In this document: positions 11,216 to 20,916 of the stretch, one piece after another
Position numbering within the stretch: position 1 is the first letter of the stretch
How the letters are laid out: each line of letters begins with the position of its first letter
Source: Polynucleobacter necessarius
GTDB taxonomy: Bacteria > Pseudomonadota > Gammaproteobacteria > Burkholderiales > Burkholderiaceae
Length of the DNA: 32,000 nucleotides
Direction of reading: 5' to 3'
Assembly: GCF_900095195.1 (NCBI RefSeq)
Contig: NZ_LT606950.1
Span: 396,164 to 428,163, forward strand
Notes under the pieces: generated by a model
The model's input: only the letters and a program-made list of their open reading frames with translations
What the model was told of the DNA's origin: nothing
Database searches by the model: none
Position numbers and translations under genes: made by a program

Positions 11216-11953
11216 TTACTGATATAGACCCAAATTAAGGATGATTTCTAGGGTGTGTGAGGGTATTTGCTCTGATGCAATTGAGCTTCGAGCGGTTGAT
11301 TGCCAGCGTTTTCTGAGATCGGTTGAGGAGAGATCTACCGAAAAGCTTTCATCGATATAAATCAGCCCCGCAGGATGGCTAGTTAAATCATTGAGATCTT
11401 TAGTCTGGTTGGTTTCAAGCAGCATCTGAATTTCAGGGCTCATTTCTGTAGATAAATCGTAATTTGGCCTGCTGGCCACAGCGAAATGCAGATAGCGAAA
11501 CAAATCTTGCCAAGCAATCCAGCTGGGAAGGTGAATGAGAGAATCTGCACCCGTTAACCAAATTAAACTGACGTCAGATCCGTAACGCTCACGCAGTGAT
11601 TTTGCAGTATCAATGCTGTAGCTTGGACCCTCCCGTTCAATTTCGATTCGATCAACACCAATTTTGGTTGGAATTTTTAGATAAAGAAATACTCTGGCCA
11701 AATCAATCACTGCTGCTTCAGTAAGTTGATAGCGAATCTCAGCGGATGTGATGTTTGAGCCTTTTTGCCATGGCTGCCCACTGGGCACTAAGAGAAGTTC
11801 ATCTAGCTGCAACTTTTTTGCAAAATAACTCGCAAGACGAAGGTGTCCTATGTGCGGTGGATCAAATGTGCCACCAAGAATGCCGATTTTTTTAGGATAT
11901 TCAATGAGCGGGTAATTAAGCAAGCCAATCGCGAGGCTTAAGATAGTAATCAT
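11216..11953 (-). CDS. nadD: Nicotinate-nucleotide adenylyltransferase
   Basis: The motif [20 protein letters not shown] is the (H/T)xGH nucleotidyltransferase signature. The start is uncertain. ATG 11953 overlaps the hemF 3' end by 38 nt, and an alternative TTG at 11923 would overlap it by 8 nt. Confidence 0.85.
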   Translation of the reverse strand: MITILSLAIGLLNYPLIEYPKKIGILGGTFDPPHIGHLRLASYFAKKLQLDELLLVPSGQPWQKGSNITSAEIRYQLTEAAVIDLARVFLYLKIPTKIGVDRIEIEREGPSYSIDTAKSLRERYGSDVSLIWLTGADSLIHLPSWIAWQDLFRYLHFAVASRPNYDLSTEMSPEIQMLLETNQTKDLNDLTSHPAGLIYIDESFSVDLSSTDLRKRWQSTARSSIASEQIPSHTLEIILNLGLYQ

Positions 11954-12857
11954 AAAGTTTAGCTTCGGGGGTGCCTGGCTCTGGATGCCAGCTATAGCGC
12001 CATTGCACTACGGGTGGCATCGACATAAGTATGGATTCAGTTCGTCCCCCAGAATGTAGTCCGAAGATAGTCCCGCGGTCAAAGATGAGGTTGTATTCCA
12101 CATAGCGTCCACGACGATATTCTTGAAACGATTTTTCAGCGGCGGTGAAAGATTCTTGATGGCGTCGTTTTACGATTGGAAGATAGGCACTAATAAACGC
12201 ATCACCCACAGCGCGGGTCATCGCAAGACTTTTTTCAAACCCAAGCTCATTAAAGTCATCGAAAAATACACCACCGATGCCACGAGGTTCTTCGCGATGT
12301 TTCAAGTAAAAATATTCATCACACCATTTTTTAAAGCGTGGGTAAAGTTCTGATCCGAAAGGATCTAAAGCATTTTTTGCAGTCTGGTGAAAGTGTTTGC
12401 AATCCTCATCAACACCATAGTAGGGCGTTAAATCAAAGCCGCCCCCAAACCACCAGACGGGCTCCTTATCAGGCGCTTGCGCAATAAAGCACCGAACATT
12501 CATGTGGGTAGTCGGCACTTTAGGATTGTTTGGATGAAATACCAGTGATACCCCCATTGCTTCAAAGCTACGACCAGCTACCTCTGGACGGTGATGAGAT
12601 GCCGAAGGGGGCATCTGGTCTCCGCGCACATGGGAGAAGCCAACCCCACCTTTTTCAAGGATGTTTCCATTATCCAAAATGCAGGTGCGACCATACCCTT
12701 TCAGTTTGCTGTCTTCTGGTTTATGCCACTCATCGGCAAAAAACGATTTGCCATCGAGCGTACCCATGGCAGAAGTAATGCGTTCTTGTAAGTCTAAGAA
12801 GTATTCTCTTAGAGCGTTGATATCGATGGATGTGGCAGATGTTGACAAGGGGTGCAA
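11916..12857 (-). CDS. hemF: Oxygen-dependent coproporphyrinogen III oxidase
   Basis: 313-aa ORF. The HemF family sequence ([17 protein letters not shown]...[13 protein letters not shown]...RGTIFGL) is clearly recognisable. Confidence 0.93.
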   Translation of the reverse strand: MHPLSTSATSIDINALREYFLDLQERITSAMGTLDGKSFFADEWHKPEDSKLKGYGRTCILDNGNILEKGGVGFSHVRGDQMPPSASHHRPEVAGRSFEAMGVSLVFHPNNPKVPTTHMNVRCFIAQAPDKEPVWWFGGGFDLTPYYGVDEDCKHFHQTAKNALDPFGSELYPRFKKWCDEYFYLKHREEPRGIGGVFFDDFNELGFEKSLAMTRAVGDAFISAYLPIVKRRHQESFTAAEKSFQEYRRGRYVEYNLIFDRGTIFGLHSGGRTESILMSMPPVVQWRYSWHPEPGTPEAKLYDYYLKPRDWLA

Positions 12858-12868
12858 GCTTAAGATGG

Positions 12869-14146
12869 TTATTTGATCGCGCGATAGCCGATATCTTTGC
12901 GATATTGCATGCCATCAAATTGAATTTGACTGATTGCCTCGTAGGCCTTTTGCTGTGCGCCACGAACCGCATCTGCTAAACCCACTACACAGAGTACGCG
13001 CCCACCGGATGTAACCACATGACCATCCTGTAACTTGGTGCCAGCATGGAAGGTAATTTGATCTTCGGTATCTTGAGGAATTCCAGTAATAACGTCACCA
13101 CCGCGAGGTGTGTCAGGGTAATTGTGTGCCGCTAGGACAACCCCTAGCGCTGTTCGGCGATCCCATTCGAGTTCTACTTCATTCAGTCTGCCATCGACAG
13201 CATGGTCTAGAGTATTGATGAGGTCGCTTCGCAAGCGCGCCATGATGGGTTGTGTTTCTGGATCACCCATTCGGCAGTTGAACTCTAACGTTTTGATCTT
13301 GCCATCAGGGGTAATCATCAAGCCTGCATACAGGAATCCTGTGTAGGGTAGACCATCAGCTGCCATGCCTTTGACGGTTGGCAGGATCACCTCCCGCAAT
13401 GCTCGAGCATGAATTTCTGGAGTTACTACAGGGGCTGGGGAATACGCACCCATGCCGCCAGTATTTGGACCTTGGTCAGCATCCAATAGGCGTTTGTGAT
13501 CTTGACTGGTGGCCAAGGCGAGAACATTTTTTCCATCTACGAGCACAATAAAGCTCGCCTCTTCTCCTGTGAGGAACTCTTCGATAACCACCCTTGCGCC
13601 AGCATTACCTAATTTGTTGTCAGCCAGCATCATGTCAACAGCAGCATGCGCCTCATCAAGGCTCATTGCTACCACGACACCCTTGCCAGCCGCTAATCCA
13701 TCTGCCTTAATCACAATTGGAGCACCCTTGGCATCAATGTATGCATGGGCCTCTAGCGCATTCGAGAAGGTTTGGTAGTCCGCTGTCGGAATGCCGTGAC
13801 GTTTCATGAATGCCTTCGAAAAGTCTTTCGAGGATTCCAGCTGGGCCGCCAATTGAGTGGGGCCAAAAATCCGTAAACCGTTATTTCGAAATACATCCAC
13901 AATGCCTGCAGCAAGAGGTGCTTCTGGCCCTACCACGGTAAGGTGAATTTTCTCACGTTTAGCAAAGTCAGCAAGTTCTTGCGGTCCAGTGATAGGTAAA
14001 TTTTCAATGCCAGCAGCACTCTGTTTTGCTGTTGCGGTACCGCCGTTACCAGGTGCTACATAAACCTTTTGAACTTGCGGAGATTGCGCCAGTTTCCAAG
14101 CCAGTGCATGCTCGCGCCCGCCAGATCCAACAAGAAGAATTTTCAT
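12869..14146 (-). CDS. purD: Phosphoribosylamine--glycine ligase
   Basis: 425-aa [26 protein letters not shown], an ATP-grasp core and the C-terminal [11 protein letters not shown] are present. Confidence 0.96.
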   Translation of the reverse strand: MKILLVGSGGREHALAWKLAQSPQVQKVYVAPGNGGTATAKQSAAGIENLPITGPQELADFAKREKIHLTVVGPEAPLAAGIVDVFRNNGLRIFGPTQLAAQLESSKDFSKAFMKRHGIPTADYQTFSNALEAHAYIDAKGAPIVIKADGLAAGKGVVVAMSLDEAHAAVDMMLADNKLGNAGARVVIEEFLTGEEASFIVLVDGKNVLALATSQDHKRLLDADQGPNTGGMGAYSPAPVVTPEIHARALREVILPTVKGMAADGLPYTGFLYAGLMITPDGKIKTLEFNCRMGDPETQPIMARLRSDLINTLDHAVDGRLNEVELEWDRRTALGVVLAAHNYPDTPRGGDVITGIPQDTEDQITFHAGTKLQDGHVVTSGGRVLCVVGLADAVRGAQQKAYEAISQIQFDGMQYRKDIGYRAIK

Positions 14147-14192
14147 AATAAAAGTCTAATAAAAAGAATGAATACGGTTTATCGGAATATCT

Positions 14193-14909
14193 CTAAAGAG
14201 CGGCATTCGTAAAAACCTCTTGCACATCGTCCAGATTTTCAAGTGCATCTAACAATTTCTGCATACTATCTGCCGGATCGCCTTCCAGCGCAATTTCGGT
14301 TTCAGGGCGCATTGCCACCGTTGCCAGCTCGGCTTTTAAACCCGCTTTTGCAATTGCATCTTGAACTTTTGGGAATTCAGGAACGGGGGTTAATACTTCA
14401 AGCGATCCGTCATCATGCGTAATCACATCGTCAGCGCCGACATCTAATGCCACTTCCATGAGTTGATCTTCGTTGGTACCTGGAGCAAACAGAATTTGAC
14501 CGCAATGCTTAAATAAGAATGCCACTGATCCCTCTGTGCCCATATTGCCACCGTTTTTATTAAACGCATGACGCACTTCAGCAACGGTGCGGGAGGTTAT
14601 CAGTAAGGCAATCCACAATCACAGCAGCGCCATTAATACCGTATCCCTCATAGCGAATCTCCTCGTAGTTCACTCCCTCAAGGGATCCTGTACTGTGAGC
14701 AATGGCTCTTTGTACATTGTCATTGGGCATATTGGCATCTTTTGCTTTGTCGATTGCCAGCCGTAGGGAGGATTGGCAGAGAGGTCGTCGTCGCCTAATT
14801 TAGCGGCAACCGTAATTTCTTTAATGAGTTTGGTCCAAATCTTGCCGCGTTTTTCGTCCTGACGACCTTTGCGGTGCTGAATATTGGCCCATTTCGAATG
14901 GCCGGCCAT
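14193..14909 (-). pseudogene. yebC: YebC/PmpR-family transcriptional regulator with two frameshifts
   Basis: The N-terminus ([39 protein letters not shown]) and the C part ([31 protein letters not shown]...) are in the same frame. The middle ~58 codons ([57 protein letters not shown]) read only in another frame. The indels are at about 14767-14770 (apparent -1) and about 14592-14595 (apparent -2). Confidence 0.85.
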
Positions 14910-15059
14910 ACGGGTAATTCCTTTAAATAATTTGGCTGTAAGACGCTATTTTAAGGTGTTCTAGACTGAAGGTAAGGGGCGGAACCCAATTTTGTTACAC
15001 TCTCATCTCTTAGCAGTATCGAAGTACAGATTTAAGCAGGATTTCCACTGCAAACACCT

Positions 15060-15144
15060 GCCTCGGTGATGGAATTGGTAGACGTGCCGGACTCAAAATC
15101 CGGTGCCGCAAGGCGTGGCGGTTCGAGTCCGCCCCGAGGCACCA
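15060..15144 (+). tRNA. tRNA-Leu (anticodon CAA), class II with long variable arm, encoded CCA
   Basis: 85 nt. The acceptor stem GCCTCGG pairs with CCGAGGC. The anticodon stem-loop is CCGGA-CTCAAAA-TCCGG, giving anticodon CAA. A long variable arm, the T-arm GGTTCGAGTCC and a 3' ACCA are present. Confidence 0.93.
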
Positions 15145-15213
15145 TCTTTACTCCCTTATTTAATTGCTGATTAATTAGTCTAGGGACGTTCAATGCCCTG
15201 TAAGTAGGGTTGG

Positions 15214-16275
15214 CTATCCAACCTTCGTAATCGCACCAACTGCTTTAAAAATGGACTCAATCGTCTCAGCGGAAATGCCAGTGGTTATGAATACCATTCT
15301 CGATGTGTGATCATCGCTCGGCCATGCATCTAGGGTTACTGGTGGGTGAAATATATGTTGAACACCCTGTATCACTACTGGTCTTCCTTCGATATTTAGA
15401 ATACCTTTGACTCTCAATAGATCTGAGCCTCTAAGAGTTGTGAGAAGTTCAAGTGAGGACGATGCTGCCTCCCATGTGAATGGCTCTTGAAATCGAAGCG
15501 AGTGGGTTTGGATATTGCTATTGTGCTTTTGAGAAAAGTCACCGAGATATTTGGGTGTGTGATCGCTATCGTCGTTCAGAAATGTACCCAAAAAGCTAAG
15601 TGTCCTTGCGTTGACTTTAGCCGAGGATAGACCTCAGTTAATGACGCTGTATAGATCAATCTCACCATTAATGACTAATAAAATTTTAGCCCTAGGGTTG
15701 ATTTCCGATATGTGTGACTTTAGTAGATCTAGCTCTGAAGGTTTAATAAGATCAGATTTGCTAATAAGTATTAAATCAGCTATGGCGATTTGTTTGACAA
15801 CTTCAGCTTGATTTTCTATCTGAAATGAGCCATTGAATCCATCCACCAGACTTACGAGTCCATCAAGTCGGTATTGAGCTTCCAGCATAGTGTCGCTTGC
15901 CAGCGTTTGAACAACTGGGGCTGGATCAGCTAACCCAGTAGTTTCAATGATGACTCGATCAAACTCAGGAATTTCTCCTGAGTGGTGGCGGGCAAATAAA
16001 TCCCTTAAGGTTTCTTGCATATCCGTTCTAACTGAGCAGCAAATACATCCATTAGCCAGTAATGAAATGTTTTCGGAGGACCTGGTCACTAAGTCATTGT
16101 CAATCCCAATTTCACCGATTTCATTAATGACTACTGCAACCCGATTCATGTCTGGGTGCAGTAGTAATTTTGAAATCAGCGTTTTTTTACCGTTGCCTAA
16201 AAATCCTGTGATGACTGTGATCGGAATTTTCCCGGATAGGGGGTCTCTTTGAAATGACTCGGTAGTTTTATATGT
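15214..16275 (-). pseudogene. COG0523 / CobW-family G3E GTPase (metallochaperone-like), inactivated
   Basis: This is a single reading frame from 16275 to 15214 with an in-frame TGA at 15634-15636. The family features are KIPITVITGFLGNGKKTL (P-loop region), the GCICCS CxCC motif, ETTGLADP, and a CobW C-terminal domain (LLRVKGILNIEGRPVVIQGVQHIFHPP). No ATG/GTG/TTG lies upstream of the P-loop. The first ATG (16149) is downstream of it. Confidence 0.8.
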
Positions 16276-17461
16276 TCATTTCAAGAATGTAAAGGCCGCC
16301 ACCAAATCGATCAATTGTGTAAACAATACGTCGATCATCAACAAATACATCGTTCAATTGAATTGCTCCAGATGGGCACAACTTAGGGGCGCCGGGAACA
16401 TAGCAAGCAATCTCCTCAACCTTAAAGGATTCGTCGTATCGTATACACGCACACCCGCATTGAAGAAGGTGCCAATAATAATATGGTCCGATACAAATGA
16501 GCATGGCCCGGGCAGATTTTCATGTAAATTGTGCGCCCAAAATCGGCCACCACGTTTTGCAAAAGCCTTATATGATGGCGCCGGAAAGGTGCCGATGGGT
16601 GCCGGGTTACCCTCTTGGCGAGCATCTAATACTCTAACTAATTTTGGCCAATCTGCTCCGTTGTCCAGAACACATTCATCGCTAACAATCCAGAGTCCTC
16701 GGTCAAATAATGGCAACACGGTATGAATAAATCCGTTGAACGGTGGTGAGTGGTTCCATTTGGACACAACCTTAATATTGCTCTTGTCTGAAATATCCAA
16801 TACGAATGCGCCACCATCAATATATCCAATGTAGGCACGATCTGGTCTCTGGGGAAATACGTTGGTGTTATGAGCTCTAAATCCAGTCTCAAACTGTTTT
16901 GGCAATCTAGTAGGCTCAGGCTCTGGATCTCCAACTTCGAGTTCCGGGATACCACCAGCGACCAGCCTCAAAAGGTTTGAGTGGATTGGAAACATCAATG
17001 ATTCGATAAAACTGATCATCTAAAGGGTTTTTGGGTTCAAAATCTGCCGCACCTGATGACATGTGTACAAAATTATCATCTACAAACCAAACAGCATGAA
17101 CACCACGTGAATGCGGGCCGGAACAGTCAAAGTGCGTGATTAGTTTGGGTTGTTCAGGAATGGTGATGTCAAAAAGATGAAAGCCTACACCCTTCATACC
17201 CACTCTTTTACCTTGTTGAGCAACAACCAATTTATTGCCAACAACATCAAGCGAGTTGGCTCGTAATTGCATATCTGGTAGTTCAGTTTGAATTATTAAT
17301 TTTGGGTTTTTTGGGTCTGTGACATCCACTGCCGTGAAGTCTTTCGGCGCTGACTCATGAGCCATCCACAAAATGCGTCTGCCATCATCAGTCTTTTGCA
17401 TTGCAATTCCTTCACCCATGCCGCCAAAGCCTGCTAACTCATGGTGTTCAAGTAGGGTCAT
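16268..17461 (-). pseudogene. LVIVD-repeat beta-propeller protein, two frameshifts
   Basis: Three consecutive ORFs (16916..17461, 16354..17019, 16268..16504) join into one protein. It has repeated LVIVD-type strands (AVDVTDPKNPKLI, FHLFDITIPEQPKLI, IIDVSNPLKP, VLDISDKSNIKVV, VRVYDTTNP). The frame breaks are at about 16926-16945 and about 16421-16431. No N-terminal signal peptide is evident. Confidence 0.7.
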
Positions 17462-17570
17462 GTTGAGGGATAGGGTTTGATCTGGACGTGATAGGGAGGT
17501 TGGGTTATTCAGCGTGTTGATAATTTTTTAAAGTGATTGTGTGGCGTAAAGGATGCGAGGTGTAGGGTTA

Positions 17571-17843
17571 TTAATTGGGTTGAATATTTTGATCTTTAAT
17601 AATTTTGGCGTACTTGGTGTATTCGCGAGTAACAAATTTTGCAAATTCTGCGGGTGAGCTCCCTACGGGTTCGGCCCATTCCCGTGCGAAGTGTTCACGA
17701 ATGTCTGCACCTCCTTCTGGGGATGCGGGCACGATCAGTTTGATTGTTTTTGAGGGGTAATCATCCGCAAAAATAGGCTTGTTAAATCATATGAGCGCTA
17801 GCGCAATTACGCGCAGGCTCACAGCTTTTAATTTGAATTTCAT
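17571..17843 (-). pseudogene. Bug/TctC-family periplasmic binding protein remnant (large internal deletion plus in-frame TGA)
   Basis: 91 codons in one frame. They encode a signal peptide (MKFKLKAVSLRVIALALI), a TGA at 17787-17789, then the N-terminal Bug motif (DDYPSKTIKLIVPASPEGGADI) joined directly to the C-terminal Bug motif (GSSPAEFAKFVTREYTKYAKIIKDQNIQPN). Family members are about 320 aa from my general knowledge. An AGGAGA Shine-Dalgarno lies 6 nt upstream of the ATG. Confidence 0.7.
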
Positions 17844-17867
17844 CTTGATCTCCTGAATATTTTTTTA

Positions 17868-17885
17868 TTTCAATATACATTGAAA
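17868..17885. promoter_or_regulatory. Perfect palindrome TTTCAAT-ATAC-ATTGAAA upstream of the Bug remnant (candidate operator)
   Basis: 7-bp inverted arms with a 4-nt spacer, 25-42 nt upstream of ATG 17843, in the gap between the CysB-like remnant and the Bug remnant. Confidence 0.3.
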
Positions 17886-17944
17886 AACAACCCAAGAAGG
17901 CTGGGGGAATATCGCTCAGAGCACATTTTGAGCGTCTTTAGCCC

Positions 17945-18478
17945 TTAAATTTCGTAACTTTCTGCTTTATCACTCATCGCTTGCTCTACAATTTTTTTTG
18001 TTAAGGTTGGTGAGAACGGCTCAATAAAGGTGTACACAAACGATCTGAGGTAGGCGCCTTGCTTTACGCCGATGTGGCACGTTATTGCCAAATAAATGGC
18101 CTACGGAGACCACTCTGAGGTTGCGGTCGCGTTCGGGGTGTATGCATGTCCTGCAACGATACCAATACCTATACTAGCTTCAACATAGGTCTTAATAACG
18201 TCCGCATCAATTGCTTCCAAAATAATGTCAGGACTAATGTTGCGCTGACCAAAGGTCGCGTCAATTTTGCTGCGCCCCGCAAATGCTTTGTCATAAGTGA
18301 TGATTGGATACTTCGCAATTTCTTCAAGCGTTACATTCGATTGGTTTAAAAGAGGGTGGCTTAATGGAACCATCACCACGTGTTGCCATTGGTATCCCGG
18401 AAGCGCCAAAACACCAGGCGTGTTAGCAATTCCTTCGGTAGCGATCGCAATATCTGCGCGGTCATGGCTGAGGAGTCA
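17945..18478 (-). pseudogene. CysB/Cbl-like LysR-family regulator remnant (5' truncated, frameshifted)
   Basis: Only the effector-binding domain remains: LLSHDRADIAIATEGIANTPGVLALPGYQWQHVVMVPLSHPL...ITYDKAFAGRSKIDATF...DADVIKTYVEASIGIGIVA. After at least 2 frame changes (about 18095-18140) it continues as RDRNLRVVSVGHLFGNN and CHIGVKQGAYLRSFVYTFIEPFSPTLTKKIVEQA. The HTH domain is absent, and the remnant abuts the lptG stop at 18501. Confidence 0.75.
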
Positions 18479-18500
18479 AATTCTATATGAAATTTTGCTA

Positions 18501-19655
18501 TTAAGCTTTGGAAACCCAGCGTAAGGCGGCGACTGCTAAGAGGAGGTACAGTGCCGGAGGAATGAGGGCGGTTAGAAGTGTTGGCCAGGCGCTCAATAAG
18601 CCCACGTTTGAAAATAAGGAATTAAAGAGCTGGAAACTCATGCCTAACATAATGCCGCTGAAAACTTTAATACCAACACTGCTTGCACGCACCTTTAAAT
18701 ACGCGAAGGGTAAGGCAAGTGCGAGCATTACAAAAATGGTGAATGGGTAAACCACTTTCTTCCAGAAAGCAATCGAATGACGCTGCACATCCTGTTTATT
18801 TTCCTTCAGGTGAGTAATAAAGCGACCTAGACTCACAATAGACATTTTTTCAGGGCTGATTAGCAGGACGCTCAAAATTTGGGGTGTCACTTCAGACTCC
18901 AACGTCAAAACAGGGTGAGTAAATGTCTGCGCTGAAAACGCTGGATTTAGTGGATCCGTTTGCTTTGTTTCTTTGAAACGAGTTTCCGTGACATCGTTTA
19001 AAACCCAAATACCAGTCTCATCAAAGTAGCCTGCTGGAGCACTCCGAATAGAGAGCAGGTTGTAGTTGTCATTAAATTCATACATCCGAATATCACGAAT
19101 CTCATTATCTTTATCGACCTTGCCAACGTTGACATAGCGAACGCCCGGACGAACTGGCCCACTGCCATCCTCATCTCTGAGGCGATCTTTAACCCACACC
19201 CCAGTCTTAAATTGCGAGGTATAGGTTGCGCCAAGTGCCTTCATGCGAATTTGCTCAGACTTGTTCTCTGCATAAGGGCCCGCCCATTCACTCATGAAAA
19301 GTGTCAGCGCCACCAAGGGTAATGAAATCTTCGTTAGCGCAATCAGGCTGCGCTTAATATCCAAACCAGCGATACGTAGAATCGTAAATTCAGATTGGCT
19401 GGCTAACATGGCAAATACATAAATACTGCCAATTAATGCTGCAATCGGAATAATTTCGGAAACACGACTAGGGGCTTTTAATAAGACATGGAGGAATGCC
19501 AGTGGCAGGGTGTAACTCCCCTGTACAGATCCCAGTTCGCTCAGGATGTCGAAGAATAAGAATAGGGCGACTAAAGCAAACAGAATGAAGCTAAACGCAA
19601 CATAGATTTGTTTGGCCAGATACCGCTCATAGATAAATGGAAAAAGCAGTTTCAT
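18501..19655 (-). CDS. lptG: LPS export ABC transporter permease LptG
   Basis: The preferred start is ATG 19655 (MKLLFPFIYERYLAKQIY), which overlaps the lptF stop as ATGA (19652-19655). This gives 384 aa with the YjgP/YjgQ permease topology. The ORF-track start at 19694 would overlap lptF. Confidence 0.92.
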   Translation of the reverse strand: MKLLFPFIYERYLAKQIYVAFSFILFALVALFLFFDILSELGSVQGSYTLPLAFLHVLLKAPSRVSEIIPIAALIGSIYVFAMLASQSEFTILRIAGLDIKRSLIALTKISLPLVALTLFMSEWAGPYAENKSEQIRMKALGATYTSQFKTGVWVKDRLRDEDGSGPVRPGVRYVNVGKVDKDNEIRDIRMYEFNDNYNLLSIRSAPAGYFDETGIWVLNDVTETRFKETKQTDPLNPAFSAQTFTHPVLTLESEVTPQILSVLLISPEKMSIVSLGRFITHLKENKQDVQRHSIAFWKKVVYPFTIFVMLALALPFAYLKVRASSVGIKVFSGIMLGMSFQLFNSLFSNVGLLSAWPTLLTALIPPALYLLLAVAALRWVSKA

Positions 19656-20767
19656 CTTTTGACAAAGGCGGCGGGCAACTGACGTCGCCACCATTTCACA
19701 GAGGGATTAATACGGTTGCGAATTAATACGGTAGCGATCAGTAGGGCTAGCAAGTGAATAGGCCAAAGTCCAATCAGGAAATTGACTTTACCTTGGGCAA
19801 CAAAGTTTTGCGTCAGGTTGAGTAAGTTGCTATAGATTAAGTAGATTAATACCGCATAAAACATGGCGGTGTAATTGCCCAACCTAGGATTAACATACGC
19901 CAGGGGAATAGCGATCAACACAAGGCCTAGCGCCATTAAAGGCAAGCCAATACGCCACAGAAACTCGGCACGATTAGCGTTTAGTACAGCCGGATTGGTG
20001 TCACCAATTAACTCATGAACGGTTTTTTCGCGGTCTCGGGGTGCTGGAGCAAGCGCCTCTTTACTACGAATCTTCATGCTGTAGTCCTCAAACTCCAAAA
20101 TCCTGAAATCGGGCTGCGTAGGATATCTCTCATACCGCCGACCATTTTTTAAAACAATCGATTTTTCACCGCCTGCTAAATTGTCAATAAAGCCAGTAGA
20201 GGCTACGGCAATGCTGAGCCGCCCATTTTTATTGTCGGCAACGAAGATATTCTTCACTTCGCTTTTATCAACATCCAATTCTTCGATAAAAAAAACACGC
20301 TCAGCTCGTGCTGACTCCTTAAACTGACCTGCGCCGACCATGGAGACGTCATCGCGTTGCTGAAAGCGTTGGCTGATTAATGTTGTTTCGCGATTGGCCC
20401 ATGGCCATACAAAAAGCGCTAATAAGGCGATAACAATGATGAGCGGTGTGGCAAATTGCAAAATAGGTCGGATGAGATTGCTAATACTCAGGCCACTAGT
20501 AAACCAGACAATCATTTCCGAGTCTTTATACCAACGTACTAGGACAATCAGCGTTGCCATAAAAAGGGATACCGTCAGCAGCACTGCAAGGTAGCCTAAG
20601 GTTGCTAATGCGATGAGGACAATTGCGTCTTCAGGGTTTACCGCGCCATTAGCAGCAAATCCCAAGATTCGAATCACCAGCGTGGTCACCATGATGGTGA
20701 CTAGCACTAAAAAAACTCCGCCTGTGGTAAGGCTGAGTTCTCGACGCAGGGCTTCTTTGAAGATCAT
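19652..20767 (-). CDS. lptF: LPS export ABC transporter permease LptF
   Basis: 371-aa ORF beginning MIFKEALRRELSLTTGGVFLVL. It belongs to the YjgP/YjgQ family and is divergent from pepA, as in many proteobacteria. Confidence 0.92.
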   Translation of the reverse strand: MIFKEALRRELSLTTGGVFLVLVTIMVTTLVIRILGFAANGAVNPEDAIVLIALATLGYLAVLLTVSLFMATLIVLVRWYKDSEMIVWFTSGLSISNLIRPILQFATPLIIVIALLALFVWPWANRETTLISQRFQQRDDVSMVGAGQFKESARAERVFFIEELDVDKSEVKNIFVADNKNGRLSIAVASTGFIDNLAGGEKSIVLKNGRRYERYPTQPDFRILEFEDYSMKIRSKEALAPAPRDREKTVHELIGDTNPAVLNANRAEFLWRIGLPLMALGLVLIAIPLAYVNPRLGNYTAMFYAVLIYLIYSNLLNLTQNFVAQGKVNFLIGLWPIHLLALLIATVLIRNRINPSVKWWRRQLPAAFVKR

Positions 20768-20916
20768 GGGAGTTTTGGGTTATCAATCAAGGGCGGTCGG
20801 GTTGGGCTTAATTTCTGATGAAAAAATAGGGTAATCTCATGTGGGAGGATAATGGATAAACCATCCAAATTGACCTAAAACCCACTTTAATACCGCTACA
20901 GATACTGCAATAGACC

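Noticed and set aside
15634-15636. In-frame TGA (COG0523 gene; also 17787-17789 in Bug) or TAG (rlmH 10523-10525, LTTR 23974-23976) read as recoded selenocysteine/pyrrolysine or programmed read-through
   Set aside because: No SECIS-like hairpin is evident immediately downstream. The affected families are not known selenoproteins. The same genes or their neighbours carry additional inactivating lesions, so plain nonsense mutations are the simpler reading.
16358-16955. Plus- and minus-strand ORFs 16358..16726, 16422..16625 and 16638..16955 as separate genes
   Set aside because: They overlap the LVIVD pseudogene in alternative frames or on the opposite strand. They are explained as shadows of that gene.
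15060-18500. Genomic island integrated at tRNA-Leu
   Set aside because: There is no integrase, no direct repeat of the tRNA 3' end, and no mobility or phage genes. The content is ordinary (though decayed) chromosomal accessory metabolism.
19656-19694. Longer lptG start (ORF-track ATG at 19694)
   Set aside because: It would overlap lptF by 43 nt and add a non-conserved MVATSVARRLCQK leader. ATG 19655 forms the typical ATGA stop/start overlap and gives the canonical MKLL... N-terminus.
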